Below, one piece after another: positions 17,701 through 22,192 of a stretch of 61,730 nt of DNA. Position numbers and translations under genes: made by a program. The stretch is from Kiritimatiellia bacterium (lineage in GTDB: Bacteria > Verrucomicrobiota > Kiritimatiellia > RFP12 > UBA1067): contig JAFXST010000089.1 of NCBI GenBank assembly GCA_017525475.1, positions 1-61,730 of the forward strand, read 5' to 3'. The notes under the pieces were generated by a model. It was given only the letters and a program-made list of their open reading frames with translations, had not been told where the DNA came from and ran no database searches. Positions within the stretch are counted from its first letter, which is position 1. Every line of letters starts with the position of its first letter.

Positions 17701-19566
17701 GCGACTGGCGAAGACGCAGAAACGCCTTTCATCAACATGACAGGTTCGGCGGCGCAACCTTTCAATGTCGCAAGTGAAAAAACACTTTCGGTAAATGCCA
17801 ACATCAAAGGAACGTCGGCATTGACGAAAACAGGCGCAGGTAAGCTTGCACTCAATGGCTATGGAGCAGATAGCGGCTACACGTACACCGGCACGACTAC
17901 GGTTAGTGCGGGGACGTTGGAAATCAATGCAACGCAGACTGGCTCGCCATATAGCCTTGTGGCAGGATCAACGCTGAAGTTTGGCACTTACGCGTCCGTG
18001 ACAATGCCGTCCATTATTCTTCCTGCGTCCGGGACGGCGGCGATTGACGTGAGTGCGTTGACGATTGGCGAAAACGGTGTGAAGCTTGTCACGTTTGCGA
18101 CGACGGCGCCGACCCAGGCGGATGTTGACAGCAAGCTGACAGTGACGGGGGGATACGCACTGAAGGTAGAGGATAACGCGCTCAAGGCGTATCCTGCTGT
18201 GGCGCAATATAACGGCAAGGGGTATGAAACCGTCAAGGCGGCGATTGACGCGGCGGTTGCGGACGGGCACACGTATGCCGATGTCACGATTCTCGACGCG
18301 ACGGCGGAGTGCCCGGATGGGTATTATATCGACAACGGCACACTGAAGAAGAAGCCTGCTTCTATAACGGTCGGCGAAAACGTTTATTATTACACTACCA
18401 TACAGGCGGCGGTACAAGATGCTCTTCCCGCGCCGTATGGGAGCCACTCCAACTACGACTATCTCACCATCTACGAAAGCAACACGGCGGTGGCGATGAT
18501 GGATTACACGCTCAAGCTTGCCACCGCGCCCGGCGTGACGGGTGTGACGGTTTCTCTGCCGGTTTCATTTACTACTACCGAATACGCCGTCTCGTCTGTT
18601 TCAGGCGATACTTATACGACGTATTCCGTTTCTGTGAATCCCAAGACTTATCGGTGGAAGAATGCGGCGGCTGGCACGCTTTGGACGACCCCTTCGAATT
18701 GGGAATTCCAAGACAATGAAACGTGGACGAGCGCACAGCGCTATCCGGGCGACGGCACGACGGGCGACTCCGTCGTCGTGACGGGCGATACGTCCATTCA
18801 GCTTGGTAATGCCGTGACGCTCGCTTCGTTGCAGGTGACGGACGGTGCGCTGGCGCTCGCGATTCCGAGCCAAGGAACAGCGACAACCTTGACCGCTTCC
18901 GAGATTACGCTCGGAGCGAACGCCACAATATCTCTTACAGGCGTGACGCTTTCGCAAGATCCTACGAGCGGGGTGGATTTGATGTATGTCAAGGCCACAA
19001 ATTCAGATGGGACCACTACTTACTCCTTGCAGGCGGCCGGAACGGTCGAAGAGGGGGTTGCCAAGATTACCGATGCCACCGCCGAAGTGACGGTTCCGGC
19101 AAACGCCACTGCAATCGAGGCGGCCCCGGCTGTATCCTCGATCAAACTGGCAGATGGATCGGCGATTACGGACAGCGACGTTACCGTAAAGTATAACGGC
19201 ACGACCAACATAACCGGCGCATTTTCCATCTCGGTAGCTGGCGATCAAGTCACTCTTGCCCTCAATGCGAACGGGTCGGTGACCATCAGCGACAAGACGA
19301 TTACGGTGAAGCCGGCAGTGGATACGTCGGCTGATCCGATGACGATGCCGGACGAAACAACAGCGCCGTCGTTCAACATCAAGACGATTCCGGGCCTCTA
19401 TTATGTGGTGAGGTCGGGTACTTCGCCGAACTCGCTTGCCGCCGGTTCGGCCACGCAGGCCACCACCACCACCACTGGCCTTGCGGGTCCGGCGCTGGGT
19501 AACAAGGACACTGTCCGCTACTACAAGATTTCGGTCGGCCGCACCGCCGCCGAAGCCGCGCAGTAA
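14800..19566 (+). CDS. Giant secreted repeat protein: signal peptide, LamG/concanavalin-like N-terminal domain, autotransporter-associated beta-strand repeats, distinct roughly 60-aa C-terminal module
   Basis: 1588-aa ORF with RBS AAAGGAG. Signal peptide LGLCIFAIGHAWA. Repeated GTLxLSGG / TKTGAGKLALNG...TYTGTTTVSAGTLEIN motifs typical of PVC-type autotransporter-associated beta-strand repeat proteins. The C-terminus reads IPGLYYVVRSG...VRYYKISVGRTAAEAAQ. Confidence 0.85.
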   Translation: MNKTLTGITVAPLTRLFTLGLCIFAIGHAWAAVKPLAVWNGDFVDNSERGGFTFTINGNEQLGVDGVKMGSSNALKFDYDITATRVYNTGTKAYPISIVAAMSNIVVTASTPESTRTLFSISQFASSAANQSVKANFYSFSLNPKSSTGYYLGGDGNLTRVTGTSSYAPVNVFDNADTWHYMAMKHSGNVGTRGCEISAGNNFRELVYDSTLKWGTNDGWGYWGLTVGGAGTANNNCTDAVVRYVALIQSDADTDVEAWSLRNMTRAETLTSSSTSFTGGDNVGVNFNGGTITVASAQTAAALFVQESTTIAINGSGKITTTANGPYQGPLYIADGKTLTVTTDKATEANLRSAFDASLGTGTITLIDAPVYGTVDLSNITSSLPTIDGYTIVATSDENGVRIVMSLNGVNYTGTVTGEATWADKTNISSTDTWANSPSSTITLCNEAEASLTFDEDVNAESLTLNGTGKITLSRGNNVNVRIGDNTTAGKAIIVNTEAVLEDLGQDAAVRITGSNKATLKDYTAFPAGSTLPSTGTLRMESDTVTLTAFPCAGVNLAGTVEVDQSITLTGDGFYLYDNKPAVNIEGGTDSFSRFVLGNKSSYDNPTQTVTQNGGSITVTGTAEPTSTSATMLLGHWPSTSYLYTRGGTFSVPNAAVRMGWNGGATWEIGGGTGTATVTVPGILISKNGTAGRGTVNVAAKGTLNLGSYGLQMQSSAGTLNLSGGTIKATTDTTIANNKSDGTVLTASKETTIDTTSGNVTISAPLSGSGSLNVTGGGTLTITGSGTASGGTIKATDSTIVLSGNGAKPGDTMYSLKKASGSSTTAKLEIRPGEGNTITLAPTHIINSTDSGAQIIVGAGTTKIAHTQTNAGSGTFGGAVVKVEDGGTLEVNNINWTVENVTYGLEIGASSKFAVNALSTNCRPITMGEGATLEVSKGSSYSTTDGALKLDFRNGNGFTVNGNATIQATGEDAETPFINMTGSAAQPFNVASEKTLSVNANIKGTSALTKTGAGKLALNGYGADSGYTYTGTTTVSAGTLEINATQTGSPYSLVAGSTLKFGTYASVTMPSIILPASGTAAIDVSALTIGENGVKLVTFATTAPTQADVDSKLTVTGGYALKVEDNALKAYPAVAQYNGKGYETVKAAIDAAVADGHTYADVTILDATAECPDGYYIDNGTLKKKPASITVGENVYYYTTIQAAVQDALPAPYGSHSNYDYLTIYESNTAVAMMDYTLKLATAPGVTGVTVSLPVSFTTTEYAVSSVSGDTYTTYSVSVNPKTYRWKNAAAGTLWTTPSNWEFQDNETWTSAQRYPGDGTTGDSVVVTGDTSIQLGNAVTLASLQVTDGALALAIPSQGTATTLTASEITLGANATISLTGVTLSQDPTSGVDLMYVKATNSDGTTTYSLQAAGTVEEGVAKITDATAEVTVPANATAIEAAPAVSSIKLADGSAITDSDVTVKYNGTTNITGAFSISVAGDQVTLALNANGSVTISDKTITVKPAVDTSADPMTMPDETTAPSFNIKTIPGLYYVVRSGTSPNSLAAGSATQATTTTTGLAGPALGNKDTVRYYKISVGRTAAEAAQ

Positions 19567-19616
19567 CCCAGCCTCCATATCTGGCACACGCAGGGCGGGG
19601 ACCACTCCCCGCCCTG
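19519..19616. repeat. Gene-end-plus-terminator repeat, copy A (functional 3' end of the giant gene)
   Basis: A 33-nt block (19519-19551) and a 30-nt block (GCCTCCATATCTGGCACACGCAGGGCGGGG) are identical to 20863-20895 and 20918-20947. Confidence 0.9.
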
Positions 19617-19622
19617 TGTTTT
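19591..19622 (+). terminator. Rho-independent terminator of the giant gene
   Basis: CAGGGCGGGG (19591-19600), loop ACCACT, CCCCGCCCTG (19607-19616), then TGTTTT. Confidence 0.8.
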
Positions 19623-19808
19623 AGTGTATTCCTGCTATCAGTGGTTGTGGATGACTACTGTCGCAAGCGTTGTCAATTGAACGCCGTGTTCAAAGCGGAT
19701 ATGACTCCGCTTTGGTATAGGAGCGTGGATAAATGCAGTAATTTGCAGTAATATTAGTAAATACATCGATAATATACTGCACCATTCCGGATGACACACA
19801 GATAAAGA

Positions 19809-19838
19809 TTGACAAAGGCATGGAGAATATGGTATAAT
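19809..19838 (+). promoter_or_regulatory. Putative promoter of the three-gene mini-cassette
   Basis: TTGACA (19809-19814), an 18-nt spacer ending in TGG, then TATAAT (19833-19838) followed by A. Confidence 0.6.
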
Positions 19839-19847
19839 ATGCGGCAA

Positions 19848-20114
19848 ATGGAACATATTGCAATACTTGGCAATAAAGGCAGATATACTTCGTTTTCGTT
19901 TGGCGGAAAGGAAGTGCGCTTTCTTTCGCCGTCGAATCTTGCGGGGTATCGGCGCGTAACCAAGTGGGACAATGGCTATATCGAGGCGGTGGCGGACTAT
20001 GGAAAGGGCGAGGAAGAGGAATACATCGACTTGATTCCGATTCTCGAGAATCTGTTTATCGAGCCAAAGGAGTTTCTGGCGCCAATCGACAAAGTGGAGG
20101 TGGCAAATGTCTGA
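19848..20114 (+). CDS. Hypothetical small protein (88 aa), possibly translated from a leaderless mRNA
   Basis: The first usable in-frame ATG (19848) lies only about 10 nt after the -10 hexamer, and there is no SD. The 3' end overlaps the next gene. Confidence 0.5.
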   Translation: MEHIAILGNKGRYTSFSFGGKEVRFLSPSNLAGYRRVTKWDNGYIEAVADYGKGEEEEYIDLIPILENLFIEPKEFLAPIDKVEVANV

Positions 20115-20331
20115 TGAGAAAAAATCCGCAATCGCCGACAGCGCCGATTTGATTGTCAACGACTATGCGATAATCCGCAATGGCGACAATTTGCGCTTGG
20201 TCAACTTGCGCACCGGCAATGCGGCGGTAGTGTTGCCGGGCAATGTCGTAAGCGAAACCAGCATGGGCGATATCGAGCTTGGGATAGCGCTCGACTATCT
20301 CAAGAACAATCTGCAATTCCTTGCCGCCTGA
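20107..20331 (+). CDS. Hypothetical small protein (74 aa)
   Basis: GGAGG (20096-20100) lies 6 nt before ATG 20107. The gene overlaps the preceding gene by 8 nt. Confidence 0.55.
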   Translation: MSDEKKSAIADSADLIVNDYAIIRNGDNLRLVNLRTGNAAVVLPGNVVSETSMGDIELGIALDYLKNNLQFLAA

Positions 20332-20333
20332 CC

Positions 20334-20612
20334 ATGCCCAAGTATTACGGATTCAAGGTTTACGGATATTATCTGTACTTTACTTCGCACTGCGTGGTAG
20401 AGGCAATGCACGCCCATGCCAGCGATACTCGATTGTCCGAACGTGGCTCGGCAAAGTTTTTTGTCCGTGCAGACGGCTCTTCGGAGGTTGCCGAGCGAGG
20501 CAGACTGACCGATCGTGAGCTTGTCGGCATTCGCGAGTTTATCCGTTGCAACTACCGGGATATGTATATGCGCTGGTCTGAATATTCCGACCAGGGCTTT
20601 TATCGGGCGTAG
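20334..20612 (+). CDS. DUF4160-like small protein (92 aa)
   Basis: The N-terminus MPKYYGFKVYGYYLYFTS...HAHAS...AKFFV follows the DUF4160 pattern (short beta-hairpin, His-containing segment, then xAKFxL). It starts 2 nt after the previous stop codon. Confidence 0.55.
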   Translation: MPKYYGFKVYGYYLYFTSHCVVEAMHAHASDTRLSERGSAKFFVRADGSSEVAERGRLTDRELVGIREFIRCNYRDMYMRWSEYSDQGFYRA

Positions 20613-20648
20613 ATGCGGCAATCTTGATATTCCCAGTGGAAACTGACA

Positions 20649-20682
20649 CAAAACGTCGGATCCCCTCCGCCGTTTTGCTTTG
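20649..20682 (+). terminator. Putative terminator of the mini-cassette
   Basis: CAAAACGTCGG (20649-20659), a 7-nt loop, CCGCCGTTTTG (20667-20677, one internal mismatch), then CTTTG. Confidence 0.5.
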
Positions 20683-20862
20683 AGCCTTGCTGCGCATTGC
20701 GCCAGACTTGCGGCATGCCGCCCTAGAGCGGCGTGGCTGAAATGTTTGCTTCTCGATATCCCAATCCACCTTAGCCCGGCGCATGCTCGGATACTTATCA
20801 GGTATAGGGTGATATATACATACCTTAAATCCATTGCCCCGGCTTTCGCAGGCACGGTTCAA

Positions 20863-20960
20863 TACTACAAGATTTCGGTCGGCCGCACCGCCGCCTAAGC
20901 CTCGGTCGAGTAACGACGCCTCCATATCTGGCACACGCAGGGCGGGGCTCACTCCCCGCC
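20863..20960. repeat. Gene-end-plus-terminator repeat, copy B (decayed 3' remnant of a paralogous giant-protein gene)
   Basis: Reads ...APAFAGTVQYYKISVGRTAA*, compared with ...GPALGNKDTVRYYKISVGRTAAEAAQ* in copy A. A TAA replaces the GAA codon, and the terminator stem GGCGGGG/CCCCGCC is retained (20941-20960). Confidence 0.85.
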
Positions 20961-21101
20961 TTGTTGTTTCTTCGCTCCCGGGTGATCTAGATTGCGGGGC
21001 GCAGAGGGTTGGAAGGGGGCGGAAGAGGTAAACGGCAAAGTGGTTTTGGACGGGCGATAGCGGGATTTTGCGGGATTTAGGGTGAAAATTCAAAGTTGTA
21101 C

Positions 21102-21130
21102 TTGAAAAATGAACCCAGGTGTACTATAAT
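21102..21130 (+). promoter_or_regulatory. Putative promoter reading into the repeat-array tract
   Basis: TTGAAA (21102-21107), a 17-nt spacer, then TATAAT (21125-21130) followed by A. Tandem GCGGGATTT x2 (about 21059 and 21069) lies just upstream. Confidence 0.55.
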
Positions 21131-21160
21131 ATGTCTGCATTCAACGAAATGGAGGCGCAG

Positions 21161-21445
21161 ATGATAACTCGAGAATTGGGTCGAATCATTCAGCAGGATG
21201 CCAAATTGTATCTGGCCGGGAACCTGCGGAAGTTTGCGTCGGAAGAGCCGAATGTGGCCGGTACGGCCTTGGTTTACGACGGTGCCGATATCCCGGCGGC
21301 AGACGGCAAGGATACGGCGGTTTTACCAACAAAAGGGGCAAATACGGCCAAGCTTTGGCCAATAGTTACCGCTTCAACTTGCCGGATATTACGCCAAAAG
21401 CGGAAAACACAGTGTCCGGGAGCCAGACAGGGCAGTGTCCGGTAA
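21161..21445 (+). CDS. Questionable small ORF (94 aa)
   Basis: ATG 21161 lies 5 nt after GGAGG (21151-21155). However, the 3' third runs into repeat array 1, and the stop codon is the TAA spacer of the perfect palindrome TGTCCGG-TAA-CCGGACA. No recognisable family. Confidence 0.25.
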   Translation: MITRELGRIIQQDAKLYLAGNLRKFASEEPNVAGTALVYDGADIPAADGKDTAVLPTKGANTAKLWPIVTASTCRILRQKRKTQCPGARQGSVR

Positions 21446-21525
21446 CCGGACAGGGCAGTGTCCGGGAGCCGGACAGTGTAGTGTCCGGGAGCCAGACACT
21501 GCAGTGTACGGCAGCCGGACACCAA
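21411..21525. repeat. Array 1: 5 x 23-bp tandem units, each with the dyad GTGTCCGG-N3-CCGGACAC
   Basis: Unit starts are at 21411, 21434, 21457, 21480 and 21503, exactly 23 bp apart. Units 2 and 3 have perfect 7-bp arms. Confidence 0.9.
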
Positions 21526-21750
21526 CAGAATGGTATCAGAATTGGCAACACTCTCTTTAACACCGATACCGAACAGAAGGCAGAATCGGGTTCGGGTTTA
21601 AAGAAATTGGAGGAAAGTAGGGGGAGAGGGCAGAAAGAAGGGATCGACCAGGTCAAGAGCGAGATTAGACAGGGCGAGTGGGACTCGGTCAAGAACTACC
21701 TCGCCGTGTTCGTCCGCCGCATCCAATCCCGCTTAGGACTGACCGTGTAG

Positions 21751-21860
21751 CATCCCGATGCCTGCGCCTCGCCATCCCGATCCCCGCCCGCCTCCATCCC
21801 GATGACGATGCGCTTTCATCCCGATGCCTGCACCTCGCCATCCCGATGCCTTCGGGTCCG
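21751..21860. repeat. Array 2: 5 x 22-bp direct repeats with invariant core CATCCCGAT
   Basis: Core starts are at 21751, 21773, 21795, 21817 and 21839, exactly 22 bp apart. Units 1 and 4 differ at one position. Confidence 0.9.
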
Positions 21861-21950
21861 GCGAGGATTTGATTTGGGTCCGGACCCGATTTGGATTTGG
21901 TCCCGAGGAAGGGTCTAGTTGCCCTAGGCAACTTGGCCCGTTGCTCTAGG
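21854..21950. repeat. Bridging 22-bp-phased motif pairs (GGGTCCGG / GATTTG units; GTTGCYCTAGG pair; 17-bp palindrome)
   Basis: GGGTCCGG at 21854 and 21876, then GGTCCC at 21899. GATTTG occurs four times. AGTTGCC-CTA-GGCAACT (21917-21933) is a palindrome. GTTGCCCTAGG at 21918 and GTTGCTCTAGG at 21940 are 22 bp apart. Confidence 0.75.
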
Positions 21951-21962
21951 CGCGGCGACTTG

Positions 21963-22116
21963 TTCTCCGTGGAACGCGAGCGACTTGCTCACGGAGACCG
22001 CCAAAGTTCTCCACGGAGACGGCCCAAGTTCTCCACGGTGACCATCGCCGTTCTCCGTGGAGACCATCCGCGTTCTCCGTGGAGAAAATTGGAATCCTCC
22101 ACGGCGATTGGCGCAG
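21963..22116. repeat. Array 3: 7 x 22-bp units with quasi-palindromic core TTCTCC-RY-GGAGAC
   Basis: Unit starts are at 21963, 21985, 22007, 22029, 22051, 22073 and 22095, exactly 22 bp apart. The central dinucleotide alternates GT and AC, so the core occurs in both orientations. Confidence 0.9.
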
Positions 22117-22162
22117 GGGACTTGGGCGTCAGATCCAACCGTTGGCAGGGTGCGCCTTTCGC

Positions 22163-22192
22163 TTGACAAATCGGGTCGGAATATGGTATAAT
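22163..22192 (+). promoter_or_regulatory. Putative promoter of tRNA(CAT)
   Basis: TTGACA (22163-22168), an 18-nt spacer ending in TGG, then TATAAT (22187-22192) followed by A. The tRNA starts at 22223. Confidence 0.65.

Noticed and set aside
19638-20855. Minus-strand ORFs 19638..20159 (173 aa) and 20295..20855 (186 aa)
   Set aside because: They lie antisense to the promoter and the three + strand small genes, which have an RBS, overlaps and a terminator. Their composition is junk-like (Cys/His/Leu/Ile-rich or Arg-rich) and they have no start context.
20680-20898. ORF 20680..20898 as an intact small gene
   Set aside because: Only its last roughly 20 codons resemble anything, namely the giant-protein C-terminus. 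It has no promoter or RBS, and it ends at a TAA that replaces a GAA codon of the parental sequence, so it is a gene-end remnant.
21411-22116. CRISPR array
   Set aside because: The conserved cores are only 9-19 bp and the variable parts only 4-13 bp, far below CRISPR repeat and spacer sizes. The units are contiguous 22-23-bp tandem repeats, and no cas genes are present in the window.
21355-22166. Track ORFs 21355..21750, 21678..21872 and 21891..22166 (and the minus-strand ORFs 21274..21525, 21366..21692, 21689..21931, 21924..22169 and 21989..22204) as protein-coding genes
   Set aside because: They run through repeats whose period (22 or 23 bp) is not a multiple of three, so the peptide repeats drift out of register. 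They have no RBS and no family resemblance, and they overlap one another in several frames.
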